A stretch of DNA of 64,000 nucleotides, taken from a virus. The first letter of the stretch is position 1, and each line of letters starts with the position of its first letter. The stretch covers positions 24,640 to 88,639 of IMG/VR virus record IMGVR_UViG_3300050020_000030; one strand, written 5' to 3'. The notes beneath the pieces were generated by a model. The model was not told the DNA's origin. It was given only the letters and a program-made list of their open reading frames with translations, and searched no databases. A program made the position numbers and the translations under genes. Positions 16,101 through 24,596 of this stretch are shown in pieces.

Positions 16101-18462
16101 TAGTGGAAGTCTAAGTCTGAATGTTACTTCAGTTCAGGTACGTGGTGGAACTCTAACAATCGTAGCTGACCGGGATTTGACGACTCTTCTTACCCCAGCG
16201 GTTAGCCTAACCTTTAATGGGCTGTTGTCTTCTACTTGGCTAAATGGGACTACGGTTGCAGTTAGTACGGTGACCGGAAATACTTTTACTGCGAATCTTG
16301 CTCATGCAAATTACGGGCCTATCACCGACACAGGCACGGCTACTACCGGAGCTACGCTATCCCCGACTCCTGTTAGTGGGCCGATGACATGGAAAACGGG
16401 TAGTCCGAATACCTATAATTTCTCTACGGGTACTCCTGTAAAAGGATATCCGATCATGAGTGCAAACTACCCCTCATCCGGAGGAACGGTTGTTGAGGAT
16501 TCTGTTCAGATTTCTTTTCCATCTGCTGGAGTCTACCCCGCTGAGATTCATTATGGAGTCTGGTACCACACCACGAGTGGGTATACCGCTCCCGTAACTT
16601 CTCCTACTCTCCCCGGAACTCCGTTTAGTTTCTATATGGTGTACACCCCTCCGGGGAGCACTACTAAATACAATATCCTCCCCGAGTCCCTCGCATGTAG
16701 CTCAGCCGGAGCACCTGCATTTCCCGCATGGCCTACTTCGGTAGTTAACATCCAAGCTATCTCTCCCGCGTATCCGTCTGTAGTAGAAGCCTCGGGGAAC
16801 TTTACTTGGTGGAATCTTGGTCCTACCTCCCAGCTTGGGTGGACGGCGAATACTAATTACACGACCCAAGAGTTCGTTGTAGACCAGAACTCTAACCAAG
16901 AAGCGGCGTATGAACCGGGGATAAGTGGAACCGCAATACCTCTGTTCTCTACCACTCTTAATGGGGTTACCGCAGATACTATCACTACGGGATCAACGGG
17001 ACTTCTCTGGGTAAATACTGGCCCAGAAGGGAGTACTCCCACCGGAACTCTTGCTACGACCCAAGGAGGGTGGAGCTACGCTGTCGCGCTGGTTAATACC
17101 CTAGATGACACCGTAAGTAACGCTAGCCCCATATCGGCATATACGGGGAACTTCTTCGCATCTACCGGCGTCTATGTTAGCGGAGGTCTCCCCTCAGTTA
17201 TCGACCCACAGGCCGATTATGTGGCTATTTTCCGCACGCAAGATGGCGGTGCGACCTATTACCTGATTCCGGGGCCAATTTCCGGAAATGGGAATACGGA
17301 GTATACTCTTCCTCTCAGCGTTTACGAGTCTCAGGGATTCACAGATACTACTCTGGATTCTGGACTCAATACTCTCTTACAGGCTCCTCTCTCGAAGCAG
17401 AACTCAGTTCCGCCGAAGGGGATCATCAACCTTGCCTTCCATGTTAGCAGAATTTTTGGTAGTGTTGGCAACGTGGTATACTGGAGCACCGGACCAGACA
17501 CCCCCGTTGGTAACGGGTACAATGGTTTTGCCCCGAATAACTTCGCGGAAGCTCCATCCTTAGTTACCAAGATCGTTCCCCTGAATGCCGGAACTCTAAT
17601 CTTTACAGTATCCGATATTTATATTCTTTCGGGTGACGGAACTCCCGGAAACCCATTTATACTAGAACCCTACCTGCAAAGGATCGGACTTCTCAGTTAC
17701 AACGCCCTTACAGTAAATGGAAGCATCGTTTACTTCATGACTACCGACAATCAGATAGTCGAGCTAAACGTTCATACCGGCGTAAGCGGAATTGGAACGC
17801 CTATCGCTGATTTGATAAGCGCCAATATGTCTCCTTCTAAGAGCTATCTAACGTGGCATACGAGTGGATACCAGGATCAGTGTTTGTTTGCCGCAGACGG
17901 AAGTACCGGCTGGTACAGGATGCTTCCCACGGTCCCCCCTGAGCAGGGGATGCCGTGGTGCCCGAAGGCGAATATTATTGGCGGGGTTGGCGCAGTACAG
18001 TCCGTCGAAACTCTCCCCGGTAACATCCAACTCCTGATGGGTCCTCCTCCTGCTATCTCCGGTCCCATTCTGTTCAGGGATTACACTACTTATCAGGATA
18101 ACGGCGCGAACTACCCGGCCAACATTACCTTTGGTCCTATCGTTCTTGCTCATCCGGGCCAGTTAGCGAGCATCGAGTTTATCACGGTAGATTCCCATAA
18201 GTTTACTGGAGCGGTTCCTCTTACCCTAGCTGTCCTTCTCGGGGAACTGTACGGGACCTTTGAACCCCTAACGGAATACGATTACGATCCGCCCCAACTG
18301 GGTCCGAGCGAGTCGGTAAACAACCAGAGGTTCTATCTCTCCCAAAGTAATGACTCGGTTGAGTGCCGGTACTTCCAACTACAGGTTATCTGGCCTCCCC
18401 AGAACTTCGCGGATGAGGTGGAAAGTTTAAGCCCAGTCGGCGGCTACAGCCAGGAAAGTTAA
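13117..18462 (+). CDS. Tail nozzle/tubular protein B-like (P22 gp10-like) with large receptor-binding-type insert (1781 aa)
   Basis: Propeller-like N- and C-termini (ENVEIT..LTLKRRYG; RIFGSVGNVVYWS); central G/T-rich repeats. Confidence 0.65.
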   Translation: MPNQLSIAGANPGKQTKRTALWTARWSDGLFTNSGALRDVSSRIEEHYYGAHNGRLIEPSENVEITSKLTLKRRYGNSVWNSNTWTDLNSFYEFRQFNANEEQIKVMVDTQGALYDASNNQQLNIWSKVPTSGQSYMQSVGNTLFWGDGYDRKKWLTTLLDRIPYKVSPFPEPQNPYNFTPYNLNSFIIDTNGDTEQLIGTVLQLSSFYILNDTIVFSLLSTKNGHALPSAYEILVPGLQIFFPADSQVSQTLGEPNGVTLSIGSLVGGIEAASVTFGGSGYTIGDIVAVNQTSPLGSMNGTLKVLNVGAAVGTGYSTATVPTTTKGGGSGATLNIAAPTGYLVSATVGAGGTGYVNGDYIIPTQANASGGYFKVVSTGGGGSVVTVAVATNAATSLGIQTAGEGYYNATGIPVSGGTGTGLTVSIVDDETQFNAPFTYGGGPVATVTVTTPGSNYNIGDVIVPLESTQTTSGGAQFTVTNVTGAASGAGLTYGGAAVAGYALGAASVWQTSGYGTSAAMTITGVSGGVITSATTAYGGSGYSSGDLLYISQGPVRGATLIVSTTGGGGAVALVTVLNGGPTAYTPATGVATYTSGGGNGATIDITTVSSGQITAGVLNAGGTGYTIGDLLYVVQTGTAGDAYFTVTSVTATGAGGITGLSILTPGHGYIQESGVVTTAQTGTGTGAILTLGVGAASFFPPFALSDTPTVFSGGNPISDARTNAHITWAGVGQETIDGSALWVNRGVSIDGGPVYNWGMAGGTNAPSVVVNNAIGGWVADTYYSRWDFIIVTVSGSNYLMQVEGSGKSGAAAPTWNTVVGQKTTDGTVTWMCIANDGDTSFTWAATHTYTPGHVIEATVSSLSCVFRLQSYSGIMTQGVIPAYCWQLGSQFGTDVGAAGEINVGGTNAPMAQNGGQSLATATYTGNMSGLFLTSGSGTVGTPAVSGNGSVAGSSPQLFPATSDLNIGMFPQLVIPAAGTYTFTIGHQVAMFWGIGSGSLSLNVTSVQVRGGTLTIVADRDLTTLLTPAVSLTFNGLLSSTWLNGTTVAVSTVTGNTFTANLAHANYGPITDTGTATTGATLSPTPVSGPMTWKTGSPNTYNFSTGTPVKGYPIMSANYPSSGGTVVEDSVQISFPSAGVYPAEIHYGVWYHTTSGYTAPVTSPTLPGTPFSFYMVYTPPGSTTKYNILPESLACSSAGAPAFPAWPTSVVNIQAISPAYPSVVEASGNFTWWNLGPTSQLGWTANTNYTTQEFVVDQNSNQEAAYEPGISGTAIPLFSTTLNGVTADTITTGSTGLLWVNTGPEGSTPTGTLATTQGGWSYAVALVNTLDDTVSNASPISAYTGNFFASTGVYVSGGLPSVIDPQADYVAIFRTQDGGATYYLIPGPISGNGNTEYTLPLSVYESQGFTDTTLDSGLNTLLQAPLSKQNSVPPKGIINLAFHVSRIFGSVGNVVYWSTGPDTPVGNGYNGFAPNNFAEAPSLVTKIVPLNAGTLIFTVSDIYILSGDGTPGNPFILEPYLQRIGLLSYNALTVNGSIVYFMTTDNQIVELNVHTGVSGIGTPIADLISANMSPSKSYLTWHTSGYQDQCLFAADGSTGWYRMLPTVPPEQGMPWCPKANIIGGVGAVQSVETLPGNIQLLMGPPPAISGPILFRDYTTYQDNGANYPANITFGPIVLAHPGQLASIEFITVDSHKFTGAVPLTLAVLLGELYGTFEPLTEYDYDPPQLGPSESVNNQRFYLSQSNDSVECRYFQLQVIWPPQNFADEVESLSPVGGYSQES

Positions 18463-18477
18463 TAGAATCAATAACTT

Positions 18478-19251
18478 ATGAGCGCATCTAAGAGGAATAT
18501 AACGCACTGCAAATACGGCCACGAGTTTACTCCCGAGAACACTAGAATAAATAAAGGAGGAAAACGGTCGTGTAAAATCTGCGAGTTTTATAAACACCTA
18601 AAGAAACAGTACGGAATATCCCCTCAAGAATACCAGCAGGTTATTGATACACAAGGCGGTAAGTGCCCTCGGTGCGGGATCATTCTATCCGACCCAAACG
18701 TTGTCTTCGATAGGGAGACCAAAAAGGTAGAAAGCATTAGATGCTATGCTTGTAGCAGGATCAGAGGCGAGTTTAAAATACCTACCCACTGTAGTAAAGG
18801 ACATGAGCTTACAGAAGATAACCTATTTGTTTACCCGGAAAAACGTATATGGTTTTGCCGAGAGTGCGGAAGAGCTAACGGCCAAAGGTGGAAAAAAGAT
18901 AATCCGGACAAAGTAAGATTATCTAACAGTACTCCCGAGGCGCGAGCGAGCCAGAAGCGAAAAAGAATGAAGAGAAATGCTAAATTTCCTAGATACTATA
19001 AAGGAAGAGACCTAAAGAAGTTCTATAAGATGACCCTAGAAGACTGGGATAGGATGTATTCTGAACAAAAGGGACTCTGCGATATATGTAAGACAGAAGT
19101 CGAAAATCCAGTAGTCGATCACAATCACCTAACTGGAAAAGTTCGCGGACTACTCTGCCGAACCTGCAATCTAGGTATAGGACACTTACAGGAATCTCCC
19201 GAAGTACTTCTGTCTGCCATAGAGTACCTTCAGAAACACAAAGAGTCATGA
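18478..19251 (+). CDS. Endonuclease VII-family homing endonuclease with duplicated module
   Basis: THC..GHE.T..N twice; VDHNHLTGKVRGLLCRTCN. Confidence 0.85.
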   Translation: MSASKRNITHCKYGHEFTPENTRINKGGKRSCKICEFYKHLKKQYGISPQEYQQVIDTQGGKCPRCGIILSDPNVVFDRETKKVESIRCYACSRIRGEFKIPTHCSKGHELTEDNLFVYPEKRIWFCRECGRANGQRWKKDNPDKVRLSNSTPEARASQKRKRMKRNAKFPRYYKGRDLKKFYKMTLEDWDRMYSEQKGLCDICKTEVENPVVDHNHLTGKVRGLLCRTCNLGIGHLQESPEVLLSAIEYLQKHKES

Positions 19252-19266
19252 TAAGAAAGGAGTTAT

Positions 19267-19506
19267 ATGCCATCAATCTCTAAGTCCCTAACATCTACTC
19301 TGGATATGTCTAAGTATAAGCCTTTGGAACCGGCTCCGCCGTCTGCTCCTTCTTCCTTTGGCACGGCGGAAATTACTCAGAGGAACGCCTTTCTTAGATG
19401 TCCAGTTCCCTCCATAAGTAGCTCGGCCACCTCTGATGACCTTAGACAGTTTTACCAAAACTCCAGAATCCCACAGTATCGCTCGTTCGTCGGACCCAAG
19501 AAATAG
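19267..19506 (+). CDS. Hypothetical protein (79 aa)
   Basis: AAGGAG SD. Confidence 0.65.
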   Translation: MPSISKSLTSTLDMSKYKPLEPAPPSAPSSFGTAEITQRNAFLRCPVPSISSSATSDDLRQFYQNSRIPQYRSFVGPKK

Positions 19507-19512
19507 GATAAC

Positions 19513-19878
19513 ATGACAGATATCTATCAGAAGACCGCGCTTACGGGAGGCAGATTCCAAGACTCACAGGGAAATCCTCTGTCACTCGGATATCTAGTCT
19601 TCAAACTCAGCCATGATAGTAATGTAGCCGTATTCGGAAGTCCCACAGGAGAGCAGGTTGTCGCGGGCAGGAATACAAAGATGTATCTAAACATGAACGG
19701 TTCTTTGAACTCCGGATATTCTATCTGGGCAAATAATATATTGGCACCATCAGGTTCTTTTTACGGGGTGCGTGCATTTAACTCGTCGGGTTTAGAAGTG
19801 TGGAGTTCGCCTCAAATATTCCAGCTTACCTACGCTCCGACCCTAGACATCGGATCGGTTCAGCCCGTAACTCCCTAG
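19513..19878 (+). CDS. Stand-alone tail-fibre adaptor/head-binding-like domain protein
   Basis: GRFQDSQGNPLSLGYL resembles tail-fibre N-termini. Confidence 0.5.
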   Translation: MTDIYQKTALTGGRFQDSQGNPLSLGYLVFKLSHDSNVAVFGSPTGEQVVAGRNTKMYLNMNGSLNSGYSIWANNILAPSGSFYGVRAFNSSGLEVWSSPQIFQLTYAPTLDIGSVQPVTP

Positions 19879-19906
19879 CCTTGGGCCTCCGTTAACAGGA
19901 GATTGC

Positions 19907-20248
19907 ATGAACGAGTTTCTTAACGCCTTCTCGTATTTTTCAGATCACGTTCATATCGTGGGCTGGACATTCATCATAATCATCGCAATTAAAGTATCGT
20001 GGAAATTCTCTGCCTTCAAACTATACGTCGAGGGTCTGGTAGCTAAAGCTCAAGAGGTCGAGAATACAGTAGACCTTTTAGCCACTAATCATTTGCCCCA
20101 TCTTCAGGCGGGGCTGGACGCAAATATCGAGTCTAATAAAGAGGTGGGAAGATCGGTAGATAACCTGCGAACAGACCTTCTTGCGGAGCTTCGCGGTCTT
20201 AGGGGCGATATCCTGCAATATGCTTTGAATGACGCGAGGAAGAAATGA
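19907..20248 (+). CDS. Single-TM plus coiled-coil protein (holin-like candidate)
   Basis: Hydrophobic IVGWTFIIIIAI segment; AGGAG SD. Confidence 0.5.
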   Translation: MNEFLNAFSYFSDHVHIVGWTFIIIIAIKVSWKFSAFKLYVEGLVAKAQEVENTVDLLATNHLPHLQAGLDANIESNKEVGRSVDNLRTDLLAELRGLRGDILQYALNDARKK

Positions 20249-20670
20249 TTTTTGTCAGGCCAACCCGACCGGAAGACTCAGAGAAGTTTACTGAGTGGTA
20301 TTCTAAGCACCCGAGTTTTGATCCAGATGTTATCCGTTTTCCGGAAACTTATACCCTCTGTGCGTACCGCGCTCCTAGATGTAAAGATGGTAACGGAAAA
20401 ATTATTGGCTTTATGCCCGTCCAGAGTTTGAGTTTTGTTTCCTCTCAGGTTCTGGACTCTTTGATAATAAACCCCGAGGCTACTAACCTCGAAATTGCAG
20501 AAGCTATGAGAGAGCTAGTTAAACAAGCAATATTTTTAGGCCACCTAAAAGGCTGTGGGATGGTTTACTTTGTGGGCGATCATCCAGAAACAAATAAGAT
20601 AGCCGAAAAGATTTTTGAAAAAGTAGAGTACCCCGTATACAGGCTACGTCTCAAAGATTTGGAAGGATGA
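20245..20670 (+). CDS. GNAT-like protein preceding the ejection genes (T7 gp13/P22 gp14-like position)
   Basis: VRPTRPED, KIIGFM; synteny. Confidence 0.5.
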   Translation: MIFVRPTRPEDSEKFTEWYSKHPSFDPDVIRFPETYTLCAYRAPRCKDGNGKIIGFMPVQSLSFVSSQVLDSLIINPEATNLEIAEAMRELVKQAIFLGHLKGCGMVYFVGDHPETNKIAEKIFEKVEYPVYRLRLKDLEG

Positions 20671-20671
20671 C

Positions 20672-21451
20672 ATGGGAAACGGCGCATCAAAGGGACAAAC
20701 AGATATTGCAGCCAGCCAGAAGAACTTTGCTAGCTCTCTTCAGGCTGATTTTGGTACGGCTTTTGCGGGCCAGCAGAATATCCTTAATGGGCTTACCAAG
20801 TCCCTTACGAGTACTCTCGCGGGGGGTCCCAGCCAGTTCGGATTCTCTGAACCGGAGAATACCGCTATGAAGACACTGGCTACCTCCGCTAATTCCCAAG
20901 CCTACCAAAACGCTAAGGCTGCGGCAGGAGAAGCGGCTGCTGCTGCGGGTGGGGGAGGAGCCGTTCTTCCTACGGGTTCTCAAGGACAGACCCAAGCAGA
21001 CCTCGCTTTAAAAACCGCCCAGAACCAGAGTAACTCTTTACTGGGAATTCAGGAAGCCGGGTACAAGCAGGGTAATGCAAACTACAATGAAGCTGTTTCC
21101 GGACTTCAAGGAACTGCTAGTTTAGAGAATCCTAATGGTCTAGCCAGTAATGCAAACTCCGCAGGGAATGATGCTTTCAACTCTGCAACTACTATCCAGA
21201 AAACTAATGCTGCTGCCAGTCCTTGGGCGCAGGTTGGTGGTTTGGTAGGGTCTCTCGGGGGAGCAGCACTTAATGCCTTTGTCCCCGGAGCAGGAGCTTT
21301 GGGAAAAATATCTAATCCCATGTCTGGAACCTCTGCGGCTTCGTTAGGCGGGCTAGGAAACGCTCCGGGTGGTAATATCAATATGTCTGGACTAGGAAGT
21401 TCTCCCGATCTGTCTATGTTCAATACCTCTTATAATGTTGGTCAGGGGTGA
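20672..21451 (+). CDS. Ejection/DNA pilot protein (small, A/G/Q/N-rich)
   Basis: Composition, Gly-rich hydrophobic segment, synteny. Confidence 0.6.
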   Translation: MGNGASKGQTDIAASQKNFASSLQADFGTAFAGQQNILNGLTKSLTSTLAGGPSQFGFSEPENTAMKTLATSANSQAYQNAKAAAGEAAAAAGGGGAVLPTGSQGQTQADLALKTAQNQSNSLLGIQEAGYKQGNANYNEAVSGLQGTASLENPNGLASNANSAGNDAFNSATTIQKTNAAASPWAQVGGLVGSLGGAALNAFVPGAGALGKISNPMSGTSAASLGGLGNAPGGNINMSGLGSSPDLSMFNTSYNVGQG

Positions 21452-21837
21452 TTATGGTAAACAAAATCGAAGCATTGGCTGACGCCCTCATGACCGTCCA
21501 CGGGTACTTTAAACCCGACTCGGAGAGCTACAAACTTCGTAACCCCCTCATGCTACGCTCGTGGGGCCGAGCGGGTAAACACGAAGTTACTGAGGACGGA
21601 GTGCGTATATTCCCTAGCTTCCTCGGGGCGTATCGCGCCGGAATTTTCGATATTGAAAAAAAATTGAGCGGAGAGTCAAACTCGGGAATCCAGAAAACGG
21701 ATAAACTGAAGAACCTCTTAGGAGTATACGGCGTAAACCAAGAAAAAGATATTCTCGTTGTGGTCTCCTTCTTGAGGAAGGCTTTGGGGGACCCCTCTAT
21801 TTCTATCTCTACCCCGCTGTCCTATTTTGCAGTATAG
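21448..21837 (+). CDS. Hypothetical protein, possible lysozyme-like virion protein
   Basis: RNPLMLR...GVRIFPS..G resembles the NNPGNIR-type fold. Confidence 0.4.
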   Translation: MIMVNKIEALADALMTVHGYFKPDSESYKLRNPLMLRSWGRAGKHEVTEDGVRIFPSFLGAYRAGIFDIEKKLSGESNSGIQKTDKLKNLLGVYGVNQEKDILVVVSFLRKALGDPSISISTPLSYFAV

Positions 21838-21866
21838 TTCAATTTTGGAACTAAATTGACATAAAC

Positions 21867-21895
21867 TTGACATATACGTAAAAATGTGTTATAAT
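21867..21895 (+). promoter_or_regulatory. Consensus sigma70 promoter inside the virion operon
   Basis: TTGACA-17-TATAAT with TG; second TTGACA at 21856. Confidence 0.85.
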
Positions 21896-21910
21896 GTACT
21901 TGGAGTGAAA

Positions 21911-22612
21911 ATGGGATTCATGGATAGCTTATCGGGCCTTCACCCGGACGCTCAAAAATTCTTCTCCGAGCTAGGTCCCTCCAGCGGTCCTCAGTCTAAA
22001 GTAGATACTTCTTTTCCTCGGAACCAAAGTAAACCTACTGGGTACTCGGATGTTCTGAACGATGTAGCCGAAACCTACCCTGCACTCGCGCCTCACGCCA
22101 AAAATGCAATCGTGTACGATGCCCCTCCCCCCGCAGAAAATGCTACCGCAAAGTATCCTAAAGGCTTAGAAACCTATCCTCCGTGGGAAGACTGGAACCC
22201 CCATCCCGGAAAGACTACGGTAGAACTTTACAAGTCCTTCCAAAGTAGAGCACAACTTCGGGATGTTCTGGCCGGGGACATGATCCATATAGCAGGGGCA
22301 ATTCATCCGGAAACCGGAAAGCCTGTTGACCCCGTTTACTACGGACTTAAGCAGCAGGTAAAAAAGGCTAGGAGTTCCGAGCAGATTGCTATGGACTACA
22401 AAGCATATAAACAGGACCAGAAAGATGGGGAAGATCGTTCCTTTAGCAAATGGTTCAATGATAGCCGATCTGAAGCGTATGTTAGGGGAAAACTATTTCC
22501 AGACGAAAAAGATGAGTGGAAACATGTCTACGAGAAAAATCCCAAACTAGCTAGCACCATAGACCGAATTGGAAGTTACCTACGAACAGGTAAAGACATA
22601 AAGGAAAAATAA
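21911..22612 (+). CDS. Hypothetical protein (233 aa), possibly injected
   Basis: GGAG SD before ATG 21911; coupled to the next gene by TAATG. Confidence 0.7.
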   Translation: MGFMDSLSGLHPDAQKFFSELGPSSGPQSKVDTSFPRNQSKPTGYSDVLNDVAETYPALAPHAKNAIVYDAPPPAENATAKYPKGLETYPPWEDWNPHPGKTTVELYKSFQSRAQLRDVLAGDMIHIAGAIHPETGKPVDPVYYGLKQQVKKARSSEQIAMDYKAYKQDQKDGEDRSFSKWFNDSRSEAYVRGKLFPDEKDEWKHVYEKNPKLASTIDRIGSYLRTGKDIKEK

Positions 22613-24591
22613 TGGCTTTTCTTGATACCCTCGGACCCGACCCGGACGCTACCTCTAGTATTCCTTCTCCGACAACCCCTGCTTCAGGAACTCCTCCGGT
22701 GGCGGGAATGTCTATGCCGGGTCAGCCTTTATCCTCACCAGCTACACCCCCTCCCGCCCAGCCTCAGTCAGAACAGGCTGCACAGGCACATAAGCACATC
22801 TGGGATAGCATCGGTAAAGGCGTAGATACTGAGTACAACATCGATCCGCAAACCGGAAAGACGGTAGCTACCCAGACTCCTCAGAAGCCGGGGCAGTTCT
22901 TCAGGAACATTTTGGCGGCTGCGGCTACTGGAGCAGCGGGTATCGGCCCGAATCACGGAGAACAGAACTTCGCACAAGGCTTGATGGCGGGCCTCGGCGG
23001 GGGCGTCATGGCCTCAAACAACCTTACCGACAAGCAGAACGCAGAGAAGCGTGCTCAGGCCCAGCAGGACTACCAGAACCAGCTTAAAGCACAGGAAGAG
23101 CAGCGGAAGACGAACGAGGAAACCCGTCAGGTAAAGCAATTCGACTACCAGCAGCAGATGGATAAAATCATGCTGGCGAATGAAAAGATCAAAGCGGTCG
23201 GTCTCGCCCAGATCGCCCATCAGGGAGAATACGATAGAACTTTGGAGGGCCAAAGCGCGGGTGTGAATATGCTCATGGTTCATGACAAGGTTAAGGTAGA
23301 CGCCTACGATAAGGCGGGAATGAAACCTATCGCCACCTATCGGGCGGACGAGCTTGTGGACCCCAAAACTGGCGGGATGAGCGAGGAGTTCAAGAAGGCT
23401 CATCCGAATTATCTGGGGTACGATCAAGCGGTAATTGGCTCTGAGAAAGTCCCCGTCTTAGACGCGGCGGGAAACCAAGCCAAGGATGCAAACGGTATCC
23501 TCCAGTACAGGAACGAGGCTGTGTACGCCCTGTATAACCCTCTCGCGGTAGTTACCGATGATATGGTTAGTAATGCTAAGTCCAAGGGAGTTGATAAACA
23601 AAACCCCAATATGTTCAAAAAGATGGAAGCCATGAACAAGGCTTGGCATACAAACGGTTCCCCCGACCCGAACACAGTAAAAGCTGAGGACCCCGCGAAC
23701 AAAGTGTTCACTGTTGGCTATCAGGATATGGGAAATTTCCTCGGGCAGATTCAGAAGTCCACCGACCTCCAGAAGCAGCAGGACGACCACCTCGATAAAG
23801 TAGCTACTAGGCAGAGATCACAAGCCGAGGCTGCGGACTCCTGGACAAGAAATGCCCTTGCTAAGAGACAGGTCCTGAAGGAGGATCAGGCAGATCAGGC
23901 CAGTAAAGATTCTATCCTGCTTTTCGATAATCAGGGAAATATGAATGACATTGGCAAGAAACTTTTAGATAGTACCAAGGACCCCAAGCTTACCGAGGCC
24001 CAGAGGAAGCAGGCTACTGAGAGACTCACTAACCTAGAGCAATACCAGACAATGAATAAAGAAGGCTTGGCGGAAAAACTAGACAAAGGTAAGACGTGGA
24101 ATAAAGACCAGAACAAGTGGGAATATGCCGATGACTTCGACGTGTTTCACTCCATGCTTACTAACTCCAGCAATAAGCTGAGTTCTCTCCAGAATGGTGG
24201 CAAAGCGGCCCCATTTTCCGGAGTCGGAGTCGGAGTAGCGTCTAAGCAGCCCTACATGGCTCAACTTCCTGAAATATCCGCACAGGCTTTTGATACAGTA
24301 ACAAACGACGAAAAAGGGAATTTAGTCCCCACGGAGTCTGTGGCTTTAGATAACCTGAGAAAACTCGCGGCAACTCCGGGATTTAGCTCACACGGAGTAG
24401 ATACAACTCAGGTAGCTAGACAGATTTCCGCTTTCTATAAGGGGAGAGCGCGGGAGACTCAGGCGGCAAAGGAAGAGGCACTAGCCACAGACGAAAAGGC
24501 AAAAGCGGATATCGAAGCTAGTCAGCCCCCCTCATTCTTTAATCCTAGATCGCTAACCGATGAAGATGTTTCTCCCTATAATAAGAAGTAG
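22612..24591 (+). CDS. Ejection/internal virion protein (659 aa)
   Basis: Pro-rich N-terminus, Gly/Ala hydrophobic segment, Q-rich coiled coil. Confidence 0.65.
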   Translation: MAFLDTLGPDPDATSSIPSPTTPASGTPPVAGMSMPGQPLSSPATPPPAQPQSEQAAQAHKHIWDSIGKGVDTEYNIDPQTGKTVATQTPQKPGQFFRNILAAAATGAAGIGPNHGEQNFAQGLMAGLGGGVMASNNLTDKQNAEKRAQAQQDYQNQLKAQEEQRKTNEETRQVKQFDYQQQMDKIMLANEKIKAVGLAQIAHQGEYDRTLEGQSAGVNMLMVHDKVKVDAYDKAGMKPIATYRADELVDPKTGGMSEEFKKAHPNYLGYDQAVIGSEKVPVLDAAGNQAKDANGILQYRNEAVYALYNPLAVVTDDMVSNAKSKGVDKQNPNMFKKMEAMNKAWHTNGSPDPNTVKAEDPANKVFTVGYQDMGNFLGQIQKSTDLQKQQDDHLDKVATRQRSQAEAADSWTRNALAKRQVLKEDQADQASKDSILLFDNQGNMNDIGKKLLDSTKDPKLTEAQRKQATERLTNLEQYQTMNKEGLAEKLDKGKTWNKDQNKWEYADDFDVFHSMLTNSSNKLSSLQNGGKAAPFSGVGVGVASKQPYMAQLPEISAQAFDTVTNDEKGNLVPTESVALDNLRKLAATPGFSSHGVDTTQVARQISAFYKGRARETQAAKEEALATDEKAKADIEASQPPSFFNPRSLTDEDVSPYNKK

Positions 24592-24596
24592 GAAAA

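Noticed and set aside
3798-19266. Introns around the nuclease genes at 3887, 12217 and 18478
   Set aside because: Flanking genes are complete and no group I core elements were seen; treated as free-standing.
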